In this document: positions 12,420 through 23,284 of the stretch, piece by piece
Layout: each line of letters begins with the position of its first letter
Position numbering within the stretch: position 1 is the first letter of the stretch
NCBI GenBank assembly: GCA_032718475.1
Contig: JAUCBJ010000699.1
Location: forward strand, 66,496 to 130,495
Source: Nemertoderma westbladi
Lineage: Eukaryota > Animalia > Xenacoelomorpha
Length of the DNA stretch: 64,000 bases
Direction of reading: 5' to 3'
Made by a program: the position numbers and the translations under genes
The notes under the pieces: generated by a model
Databases searched by the model: none
What the model saw: the letters and a program-made list of their open reading frames with translations, nothing else
What the model was told of the DNA's origin: nothing

Positions 12420-13839
12420 GGTTGTGTGCGTCTTCCATTAACGGTGCCCATAGCCTACACCAGGTTGTGTGCGTCTTCCATTAACGGTGCCCAAAGCCTA
12501 CACCAGGTTGTGTGCGTCTTCCATTAACGGTGCCCATAGCCTACACCAGGTTGTGTGCGTCTCCCATTAACGGTGCCCATAGCCTACACCAGGTTGTGTG
12601 CGTCTTCCATTAACTGTGCCCGTAGCCTACACCAGGTTGTGTGCGTCTTCCATTAACGGTGCCCGTAGCCTACACCAGGTTGTGTGCGTCTTCCATTAAC
12701 GGTGCCCGTAGCCTACACCAGGTTGTGTGCGTCTTCCATTAACGGTGCCCGTAGCCTACACCAGGTTGTGTGCGTCTTCCATTAACGGTGCCCATAGCCT
12801 ACACCAGGTTGTGTGCGTCTTCCATTAACGGTGCCCGTAGCCTACACCAGGTTGTGTGCGTCTTCCATTAACGGTGCCCGTAGCCTACACCAGGTTGTGT
12901 GCGTCTTCCATTAACGGTGCCCATAGCCTACACCAGGTTGTGTGCGTCTTCCATTAACGGTGCCCGTAGCCTACACCAGGTTGTGTGCGTCTTCCATTAA
13001 CGGTGCCCGTAGCCTACACCAGGTTGTGTGCGTCTTCCATTAACGGTGCCCGTAGCCTACACCAGGTTGTGTGCGTCTTCCATTAACGGTGCCCGTAGCC
13101 TACACCAGGTTGTGTGCGTCTTCCATTAACGGTGCCCGTAGCCTACACCAGGTTGTGTGCGTCTTCCATTAACGGTGCCCGTAGCCTACACCAGGTTGTG
13201 TGCGTCTTCCATTAACGGTGCCCGTAGCCTACACCAGGTTGTGTGCGTCTTCCATTAACGGTGCCCGTAGCCTACACCAGGTTGTGTGCGTCTTCCATTA
13301 ACGGTGCCCGTAGCCTACACCAGGTTGTGTGCGTCTTCCATTAACGGTGCCCGTAGCCTACACCAGGTTGTGTGCGTCTTCCATTAACGGTGCCCGTAGC
13401 CTACACCAGGTTGTGTGCGTCTTCCATTAACGGTGCCCGTAGCCTACACCAGGTTGTGTGCGTCTTCCATTAACGGTGCCCGTAGCCTACACCAGGTTGT
13501 GTGCGTCTTCCATTAACGGTGCCCGTAGCCTACACCAGGTTGTGTGCGTCTTCCATTAACGGTGCCCGTAGCCTACACCAGGTTGTGTGCGTCTTCCATT
13601 AACGGTGCCCGTAGCCTACACCAGGTTGTGTGCGTCTTCCATTAACGGTGCCCGTAGCCTACACCAGGTTGTGTGCGTCTTCCATTAACGGTGCCCGTAG
13701 CCTACACCAGGTTGTGTGCGTCTTCCATTAACGGTGCCCGTAGCCTACACCAGGTTGTGTGCGTCTTCCATTAACGGTGCCCGTAGCCTACACCAGGTTG
13801 TGTGCGTCTTCCATTAACGGTGCCCGTAGCCTACACCAG
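12420..13839. repeat. Highly homogeneous 43-bp minisatellite, ~33 copies
   Basis: Unit CACCAGGTTGTGTGCGTCTTCCATTAACGGTGCCCGTAGCCTA; no spacers. Confidence 0.97.
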
Positions 13840-14765
13840 ATTCCGTGTAGCACAGCAAGAAGGCTGTAGGTCAGTTTTCATGAATCTTCTTTAAATATAC
13901 CTACAATCTGTTCTGATTTAGTATAAAAGTACAGGACGAGGGTCAGTTATCACATACAGATTAAAATTGAGCAAGTCTATCCCAAAATCGGTATTTAAGA
14001 AACTTAAATAAATAAATAAGGAATTTAACCAAACTGCCAATAAGAATAAATCAAAGAAGAGAGGAACCCCCCTTGCTTCAACCGCACTCTTAATCTGCAC
14101 CACCCCAACCCAAAGGAGCACAGAGGATTAATGAAAGGCAGAGGTATTAAGGGGTGTACCCCCCCCCCCTTAACAGGAAATTAGTGGTTAAAAGTAATAT
14201 ATTTTTAGAGGCAATCATTTTGCGAGATAAATAATATACCGATAATAACCGATAATAAGCAAGCTGGTTTATTAGTCACTTTACACTAGTAGTGCCTGCC
14301 TTGCCTATGTCCTATAGATGTAATTACCGTTGCCAAGTGGTGATGAGATAGATGATTGGACTGGTTCCAACTAATAGGCCATAGCTAGTATGCCAAGGAA
14401 TGAGGGAGGTATAGAGTGACGAGGGCATTTTGAAGACTTAATTACGTTTAGATCAATTAAAACACATTTTCTTAAAGCAAATCACTTCAACTAATTAAAA
14501 ACTATAATGGAATAGGGTATGGGGATTACAGCTGTATAATTTTTAAGCCTAATTATTTATATCTTATACTATAAAATAATTAATTTTCATTAAAAGAAAG
14601 GCTTGAAAATGCCGTTTTTACCCTAACCAACATAATTAATTTTAATTTAATTAATTAACTGCTATTATCTTAGCTTCTCGAAGGCCACACGCAAATTCAA
14701 CTTTGGATAGATTTAATCGATATTTGGCTGAGTTATTAACGTTTAAAACTGAACACGACAGAACA

Positions 14766-17002
14766 ACAGACACACCGATTGAGTTAGTGGTACCTGTATG
14801 CTAAACTCGCTTACTTCCGTCGCTCGCTCCCACAGACACACCGATTGAGTTAGTGGTACCTGTATGCTAAGCTCGCTTACTTCCGTCGCTCGCCCCACAA
14901 CAGACACACCGATTGAGTTAGTGGTACCTGTATGCTAAGCTCGCTTACTTCCGTCGCTCGCTCCACACTGACACACCGATTGAGTTAGTGGTACCTGTAT
15001 GCTAAACTCGCTTACTTCCGTCGCTCGCTCCACAACAGACACACCGATTGAGTTAGTGGTACCTGTATGCTAAACTCGCTTACTTCCGTCGCTCGCTCCA
15101 CAACAGACACACCGATTGAGTTAGTGGTACCTGTATGCTAAACTCGCTTACTTCCATCGCTCGCCCCACAACAGACACACCGATTGAGTTAGTGGTACCT
15201 GTATGCTAAACTCGCTTACTTCCGTCGCTCGCTCCACAACAGACACACCGATTGAGTTAGTGGTACCTGTATGCTAAACTCGCTTACTTCCATCGCTCGC
15301 CCCACAACAGACACACCGATTGAGTTAGTGGTACCTGTATGCTAAACTCGCTTACTTCCGTCGCTCGCTCCACAACAGACACACCGATTGAGTTAGTGGT
15401 ACCTGTATGCTAAGCTCGCTTACTTTCGTCGCTCGCCCAACAACAGACACACCAATTGAGTTAGTGGTACCTGTATGCTAAACTCGCTTACTTCCGTCGC
15501 TCGCTCCACAACAGACACACCGATTGAGTTAGTGGTACCTGTATGCTAAACTCGCTTACTTCCGTCGCTCGCTCCACAACAGACACACCGATTGAGTTAG
15601 TGGTACCTGTATGCTAAACTCGCTTACTTCCGTCGCTCGCTCCACAACAGACACACCGATTGAGTTAGTGGTACCTGTATGCTAAACTCGCTTACTTCCA
15701 TCGCTCGCCCCACAACAGACACACCGATTGAGTTAGTGGTACCTGTATGCTAAACTCGCTTACTTCCGTCGCTCGCTCCACAACAGACACACCGATTGAG
15801 TTAGTGGTACCTGTATGCTAAGCTCGCTTACTTCCGTCGCTCGCCCCACAACAGACACACCGATTGAGTTAGTGGTACCTGTATGCTAAACTCGCTTACT
15901 TCCGTCGCTCGCTCCACAACAGACACACCGATTGAGTTAGTGGTACCTGTATGCTAAACTCGCTTACTTCCATCGCTCGCCCCACAACAGACACACCGAT
16001 TGAGTTAGTGGTACCTGTATGCTAAACTCGCTTACTTCCGTCGCTCGCTCCACAACAGACACACCGATTGAGTTAGTGGTACCTGTATGCTAAGCTCGCT
16101 TACTTTCGTCGCTCGCCCAACAACAGACACACCAATTGAGTTAGTGGTACCTGTATGCTAAACTCGCTTACTTCCGTCGCTCGCTCCACAACAGACACAC
16201 CGATTGAGTTAGTGGTACCTGTATGCTAAACTCGCTTACTTCCGTCGCTCGCTCCGCAACAGACACACCGATTGAGTTAGTGGTACCTGTATGCTAAACT
16301 CGCTTACTTCCGTCGCTCGCTCCACTGACACACCGATTGAGTTAGTGGTATCTGTATGCTAAGCTCGCTTACTTTCGTCGCTCGCCCAACAACAGACACA
16401 CCAATTGAGTTAGTGGTACCTGTATGCTAAACTCGCTTACTTTCGTCGCTCGCTCCACAACAGACACACCGATTGAGTTAGTGGTACCTGTATGCTAAGC
16501 TCGCTTACTTCCGTCGCTCGCCCACAACAGACACACCGATTGAGTTAGTGGTACCTGTATGCTAAACTCGCTTACTTTCGTCGCTCGCTCCACAACAGAC
16601 ACACCGATTGAGTTAGTGGTACCTGTATGCTAAGCTCGCTTACTTTCGTCGCTCGCCCAACAACAGACACACCGATTGAGTTAGTGGTACCTGTATGCTA
16701 AACTCGCTTACTTTCGTCCCTCGCCCAACAACAGACACACCGATTGAGTTAGTGGTACCTGTATGCTAAACTCGCTTACTTTCGTCGCTCGCTCCACAAC
16801 AGACACACCGATTGAGTTAGTGGTACCTGTATGCTAAACTCGCTTACTTCCGTCGCTCGCCCCACAACAGACACACCGATTGAGTTAGTGGTACCTGTAT
16901 GCTAAACTCGCTTACTTTCGTCGCTCGCCCCACAACAGACACACCGATTGAGTTAGTGGTACCTGTATGCTAAGCTCGCTTACTTCCGTCGCTCGCCCCG
17001 CA
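14766..17002. repeat. 68-bp minisatellite, ~33 copies, possibly an amplified Helentron/DINE-like 3' end
   Basis: Unit ACAGACACACCGATTGAGTTAGTGGTACCTGTATGCTAAACTCGCTTACTTCCGTCGCTCGCTCCACA; period checked at 15511/15579. Confidence 0.95.
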
Positions 17003-17035
17003 ATGAATCGTATCTGTAGCGGTAGATTTATTTAA

Positions 17036-17626
17036 GGTGGTTCGACACGTAAAATTTTTTCCTAATTATTTTCTGGAAACATTCCCATTAGATTCAAAAT
17101 TCGTGGTAAAATCCAAGAAATATGTAATATTTGAAAATTATAATTATAATATTCGAAATTCTGTATAAGGGTCTAACATTTCATGGCCAATGGATTTACA
17201 GATCTCGAGAAAAAGGATGAAAAGGATGAAATTACCTCCGCGATAATCGCGAAAGGAGTAAACGGAGCTGAAAGTCAAATCTCTTCTATAAAAGGTTCCT
17301 TATTAGTGCTTTTAAGTTTTGGAAGATTATGAATAAGTTGATGTGAGTTGGATTTTCGGAATCTACATAAAATTCTGCTCCAGTGGGGGAAGTCTGGGAA
17401 AAAAATTTCAAAATAAATACATTTCAGAAATTGAGCCAAATTTTGAAAATTGGCGCACCGCTTTGAAAAATTTCACCGAAAAATGCTTATAACCTTTGCT
17501 TGACATTCAAGTCATGGGAGTTTGGGTTTTGGAATGTACATAGAATTTTGAATCTAATAGGATGGAATCCAGAAAATATTTAACATGTTTTTTTGTGTTG
17601 TATTTATGTTTAACATTTTTTTCACC
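17036..17626. mobile_element. Putative non-autonomous TTAA-flanked DNA transposon (Kolobok/piggyBac-like MITE)
   Basis: TTAA|GGTG...CACC|TTAA ends; subterminal inverted repeat 17073-17102 vs 17543-17572. Confidence 0.45.
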
Positions 17627-17975
17627 TTAATAATACCTTCAACGTGAATATTGCTTCAAATTTCCTATAAAATGTCGGGAGACATACTAAATGGCGTTTG
17701 GGGTACATTTTTTTTTAGATAACATGATTGCGATATTCGTTTATGCTACAATATTCGTTGCTCTCTGAAACTTAAAAGTATTTGTACTGCGATCTTGTAA
17801 AGTATTAGATTACACATGATGAAGTATCATAATAATTAATAACTTCGTAAAACCTAAAATGATAATTATTATTGGAAGAAACTAAATAATTGATAATAAA
17901 TGACAGATAAAAAACACCAGTCACTTTGTATATTTAAGCAATTTTTAGAACTACAGTGAGGGTTGTGGATTACTT

Positions 17976-18671
17976 CTACATTCTTGGTAGCACTGGTATA
18001 TCAGACAGATTGTGTTCTACTAAAACCCGCCGTCTTAGCCTTTCCATTCCGTTGTCGTACGCAGTTTGTCTTTCCACAGTGAACCGAAACTTGTCCAAAC
18101 TTTTAACGTAAACATCGTAAACTAAAACTCTTATTTTCTGCGCTTTGTGCAGATCCCGAATTCTATTTAACTTTTTTCGTTTAATAAACTTTGTGCGTTT
18201 TAGTTTTCGTTTCTTCTGACGCATAACTGTTATTTTTCGTCCGGGATACATTTTGATTCCACGGAAATGATTGAGCAGAATTTGTTTGGGGGTTTCTGAT
18301 GAAGTAGAACCCAAACACGGCAACAACACGGAGTTGTTTATCCGGCAACGGAGACTAAGACTGGATGATAAACCGCCACTCATATAAATACTCGTACCGG
18401 TAAAATAAGAGGAATAAGAAGATATCAGAGGTTTCGTAAACTTCTGTAAATCTATTACATTTTCCTTTGGTAGGCCTATGCCATTTAGGAATACTCGAGT
18501 CCTGAGGTTTGTGAGTCTGAAAGAGTTTGAACAAGTCGACAATGTCGGCGAAGGATCTATTGTTAACCGCGGAGATTTCTGGACTCGCGGAAATATAAGT
18601 GAGTTACCTGTAGTTGGCCGTTTCTGAAAACATTCGCCAAGGAACAACCGAATACTTGGAAAGATTGGCAT
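17976..18671 (-). CDS. 231-aa basic protein, possibly mitochondrial mS38/AURKAIP1-like
   Basis: ATG-initiated uninterrupted ORF in AT-rich flanks; Ser/Arg-rich, acid-poor N-terminus; K/R-rich block RKITVMRQKKRKLKRTKFIKRKKLNR reminiscent of the mS38 C-terminal motif. Confidence 0.4.
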   Translation of the reverse strand: MPIFPSIRLFLGECFQKRPTTGNSLIFPRVQKSPRLTIDPSPTLSTCSNSFRLTNLRTRVFLNGIGLPKENVIDLQKFTKPLISSYSSYFTGTSIYMSGGLSSSLSLRCRINNSVLLPCLGSTSSETPKQILLNHFRGIKMYPGRKITVMRQKKRKLKRTKFIKRKKLNRIRDLHKAQKIRVLVYDVYVKSLDKFRFTVERQTAYDNGMERLRRRVLVEHNLSDIPVLPRM

Positions 18672-19129
18672 GTTGCGTTACAGACATACAGCAGTACAGA
18701 GCGACGTCGAATTGGAAGGCATGTGCTGAACTCGAACAGTTAGCCAGGTTGCAGGGTTGGATGGTTGGAGTTGGAGGGAGAGGAGGGTTAAGTGACGCAA
18801 TTGGGTTAATAGATTTAGGTAGGCCTACCGTAGTTATACCGGTACTGTCTGACTGTTTATTTAACTCTTAACTGTTATAGGTTGATGGCAGAACAGCAGA
18901 ATACAGGAATAAAGCAGTAAAGTAAACTGCTGTTATGTTTAAGGTATCTTTGGCCGTGTACAGTTGTATCGTATGGTAGATCTACCTACTGGTACCGGCA
19001 CCGGAACCTATTAATGTCAGAATGTTACTCAAACAGTTATTATACAGTTATATAGACAGATGGTATGGGGGGGGGGGGGGGGGGGTGAGGGGGGTAAACT
19101 CTACGCTGCTACGCCTAATCCTAATACTG

Positions 19130-19351
19130 GGTTATCGTTCATATGCGTACCGATGGTGTTACAGTGGTGGTGTTTTCTAACCAAAACAATAAACTAATCT
19201 CCATTACTTAATTAACGGAAAAGGAGCAGGTTACAGTGGTGGGCTTTTCTAACCAAAACAATAAACATTATCTCAATAACAGGGCATTTCATACTTATAG
19301 TCTTATTTTTGCAATACGAAAATACCATCGGTACGGATATGAACTATAACT
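19130..19351. mobile_element. ~220-bp MITE with 27-bp TIRs and 8-bp TSD (Merlin- or hAT-like)
   Basis: TIR GTTATCGTTCATATGCGTACCGATGGT / ACCATCGGTACGGATATGAACTATAAC (25/27); TAATACTG at 19122-19129 and 19352-19359. Confidence 0.75.
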
Positions 19352-19576
19352 TAATACTGTAATACCTGAATCTGAATAGGCCTACTCGCCTACCTGCCTT
19401 GCCTACTGTTGTACTGTATGCATGCAGATATGTGAATACACACCACACGACACACACCTACCTACCACGCTACCAGGACCAGCACCAGCCAGCCAGCACC
19501 AGGTTAGGTTACCACCCTACGCCTACACACACATGCGAGACGCGACACGCCTATTGCTTACATCCTGCATCCAGAC

Positions 19577-21495
19577 CAGGGCTTGCAAAGGGGTCCTACT
19601 AAATACTACAAAAAGCACAAAACAAGCACAAAAAAGCACAAAAAAGTCAAGAAAAGCACAAAAAAGTCAAGAAAAGCACAAAAAAGCACAAAAAAAGCAC
19701 AAAAAAGCACAAAAAAAGTAAAAAAAAGCACAAAAAAGTAAAAAAAAAGCACAAAAAAACATTCTCACATCAAGAGACATGGGGGGGGGGGGGGGGGGGG
19801 CGAAAATATAAGAGATATTGTTACAGACACCCCCCACATACGAAGGTAACCCATACGCCTATGATTGATTAATTTGCAATGTTCTGACCTACAGTATGTA
19901 AATAACCATAATAAATATAATAAGAAAATAAACATAATAAAACACATACAGTATAGAGATTAATAGCTTAATAAAACTACAGTAAATTACGATCGTGGGA
20001 AAGAACACCCAGGATGTAAGGCACTCATGGGGGTCGTTAATTAAGGTAAAATAAAATAGAATATTGACATATAAGATAAGTACGCATGAACTCCTAAACA
20101 ACATTGCAAACAATCTGGCAGTTATAGAAATTTCAAAGTATACAGTAGTGTTACAACAGCAGTGGTTAAACCCAGGCAGGAACTGTGTTTCCAACAGACG
20201 CAGATATCGTAACCAAGGCAGTTCCGACCTAAGCAAGATTCTTGCAAGTATGACTATGACTAATAATCATCATACTTAGTTTTTTAGTTTAGTTTAATAC
20301 ACTCTTTAATAATTCACATAAACATTCATTTAAAAAAAAACTTGTCCTCAGACGTTATCGATCACCCACTCGAGAGGTTCGGGCAGACCGTGATGTGATA
20401 ATTGTACAGTATGTCGATTTATCGGTGAATAAATTAAAGTAATTAACCAGAACGCTGATAAGTTGACATAATGTGACAATAACAAAGTCTATTACAGTAT
20501 TATAAGTTCTATCCTGATATTTGAATTGAACCATCTTTACATTCTGACATTAGCCTGATATTGCACTTGGGTGTTCGTGGTAGGGCTGTACCTATGTAAG
20601 TGCTCGTGCTGGTGCTCACTCACTGGCAGCTATATGACATGAAAGCATACTGGACATGTGATTATCGTTCCGGTAGCCTAGACACTACTGCACTACATGA
20701 TATTGCATCTATCATCTGTTCTATTACAAGCTCAATAAACGATCAGTTTGCTTTTTTGTGCTTTTTTTTTTACTTTTTTGTGCTTTTTTTTACCTTTTTT
20801 GTGCTTTTTTGTGCTTTTTTTGTGCTTTTTTGTGCTTTTCTTGACTTTTTTGTGCTTTTTTGTGCTTGTTTTGTGCTTTTTGTAGTATTTAGTAGGACCC
20901 CTTGCAAAGTAGGTTTTTGTACACCTAGGTTTTTATCGATTTTTGTCAAAAACCTAAAATTTGAAAAAAGCCTAAAACTAGGTTTTTAGGTTCACAAAAA
21001 AGAGCCAAATTGCTTGTTTTTTGAAAATTTCTGATGGCAAAAATATGAACCCCACAGACTAAAGTCTTTTGAGTTTCTGTCTTTTAACTAAGCCGACAAT
21101 AAAACCTCACTGCTGGCAGCTGGACTGACTAATATTACCCTATCCCTTTTTAAAACAAAAATCAAATAGATTACGGTATTCAGATATTTTAATATATTGT
21201 AGGCTTACAGGTATCTACTGATCTACCAGTGCTGTATAAAATATAATCTTGAACAATTGCGGCCCCATATAATTTATCTAACCATAACGAATGAACTGAT
21301 GAACCAATTCAGCTCAGGCAGTCAGGTCAGGTCAATGAGTCAATCTAATCAATCAATACAGCAATATACAAATACAACCTGACAGAAATACTACAAAAAC
21401 CTAGCAATAACATTCAAAAACCTTCAAAAAACCTGCAAAAACCTAACAAAAACCTAATTTTTGTTTTAAAAAACCTAAGGTTATTGCCAGCCCTG
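19577..21495. mobile_element. Non-autonomous hAT-like element (outer element of a nest)
   Basis: TIR CAGGGCT(T/G)GCAA; 8-bp TSD ATCCAGAC at 19569-19576 and 21496-21503; AAAACCTA subterminal repeats. Confidence 0.85.
19591..20900. mobile_element. Foldback/MULE-like non-autonomous element nested in the hAT left terminus
   Basis: ~150-170-bp TIRs starting GGGTCCTACTAAATACTACA and built of AAAAAGCAC repeats; 9-bp TSD CTTGCAAAG at 19582-19590 and 20901-20909. Confidence 0.85.
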
Positions 21496-22037
21496 ATCCA
21501 GACACCTAGACCTACTGCTGTACTGGCAACTTGTAGTTGTCTGGCTCTGTAGGCTGGTGGGTAAAGGAGCAGCTAACAGAGGTGTGTTGAAAGGAACCAA
21601 AACAATAAACGAGAGTTACGAGTTAGGAAAATGTAGGAAACCGAATTTAATTGAGAATCGAATCAACAACTTGATGATCAACAGTCAGATGTCAGGATGT
21701 ATAGGTCTACGTCTGTACGTCTACCTACCCCGCTACCGGCAGACTGCTACCCTACCTCGGTGTGTAGGCGTATGTAACAGATCGATGGACAAGCCACCAA
21801 GCACACTACAGCAATACTCAGTAACTAGAATTATCAGTAGGCACGTAAGCTATGTAGGTAAGCAGGTAAGTTATGCGGTAAGCAATAAAAAGTAGACCTA
21901 CCGCTACCGAGTACTGGTACATGCATTCTAACATTAGTTATAAAACACAATACATGCAATACGGTACCTTTTTTTACAATTACTTAAGTTTAAGTAGAGT
22001 TTATGAGTTGTCCCATGAAAGGTTGTCCTTGGTAATT

Positions 22038-22582
22038 TGTGACGGGATCCAGGAAGGATCCCGGTTTATCCGGTTTGTCAATTCACGCGAACCCGCCGTG
22101 TGTGAAAGATAAAAGAGTTTACGTTGTTCGTTGTATATAATATTCGGGATATGTATAGTATAGATATAGATAATGGATAAGATAAATATTGTTGTACGCG
22201 GAAGGCGGGAAACGGTAATTTAAATCCCGGTACTTCCCTAGCTAAACTATTGCTACTGTAACACCAATAACACTGAGATAACTGAATGAGATGATTACTG
22301 CCAACTGGTTATATTGCACGGGTTGGCCTTGTTACTGTACCTAACCGATGCCTTTTCCCCCCTCTGATTGGCTAATGTCCCTATTGGCGCCCTTTGGAGT
22401 GTTTCCGTTCACTCCAGCTATTCTCTCTCGGTTAGGGGTTTGGCCCCTGACCCTCATTGTGTGTTTCTCCTTCCCACTTTGTTGGGGTGACACGAGTTGT
22501 TAGTTACCCAATCTCGTGGCCCCCAATATTGCTTAACGGTTGACTTTATGGGTTTGTGTTAGCGGAATTGAATAAGCTAACA
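22038..22582 (-). repeat. 3' LTR (545 bp)
   Basis: Direct repeat of 35490-36033; by eye ~5 substitutions plus one 1-bp indel. Confidence 0.97.
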
Positions 22583-22592
22583 CTCCCCCCCA
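22583..22592 (-). other. Polypurine tract (plus-strand primer)
   Basis: Sense strand reads a G run plus AG directly abutting the TGTTAGC start of the 3' LTR. Confidence 0.85.
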
Positions 22593-23284
22593 TGCTATCT
22601 TCCCGGTGAGAAGATAGCATCCACCTCAAGTGCGCTACAATTCCGCTGGATCCCGATCTATTATCGGGTGTGGGGTGGAACTATTTTCTTTCGGAGCCGG
22701 CTTTCCAGGCCGCTCCCTATGGGTATGATATCGCTACCCGTTTCGCCTGGCGTCCCATGTCGGGCCGATCGTGCGCTCCTCACATGACTTTTGTTTCCCC
22801 AACACTTCGCCACTTTAACTCTACTCTGTTCTCACCCTGACTCTCCTCTACTTCTCCTCACTACCGCTCTAACTCTCGGACTTCCCTGTCCCTCACTCAG
22901 CCTCTTATTCCTCCCACACACTTGAATTGCATTCGCACTCTCTCTGCACTCTGCACTATCACCTCTTACTCGACCTCCCTTTGACTACCCCATCCCTTCT
23001 TACGAATCTCACTCCCCCTTTGTGCCGTCGCACTCAAGAAATGTGAAGTCGTCTGGTGTCTCGTCCATAGTACCATAGTCAGTTAGCCCCCCAGTCCCAG
23101 TAGCTAATTGAGAAAGGTTGAATGACTATAGTACTTACTTCGAACGTATATTTCATTGCTAAACTACTGATTACTACGTACATACATATAATTGCACTTA
23201 TTTAATTATTTGCATCAGTTTGAATTTGTACTTAATAGTTCGTACGTCCCACGTGGCGCCTTCCAGGCGTACCACATTGAAGTC

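Noticed and set aside
12420-17002. 43-bp and 68-bp arrays as CRISPR arrays
   Set aside because: Contiguous near-identical units with no unique spacers, no cas genes, eukaryotic context
19422-20989. Lys-rich and Phe-rich ORFs (19422-19721, 20600-20989)
   Set aside because: Translations of the AAAAAGCAC/GTGCTTTTT TIR repeats
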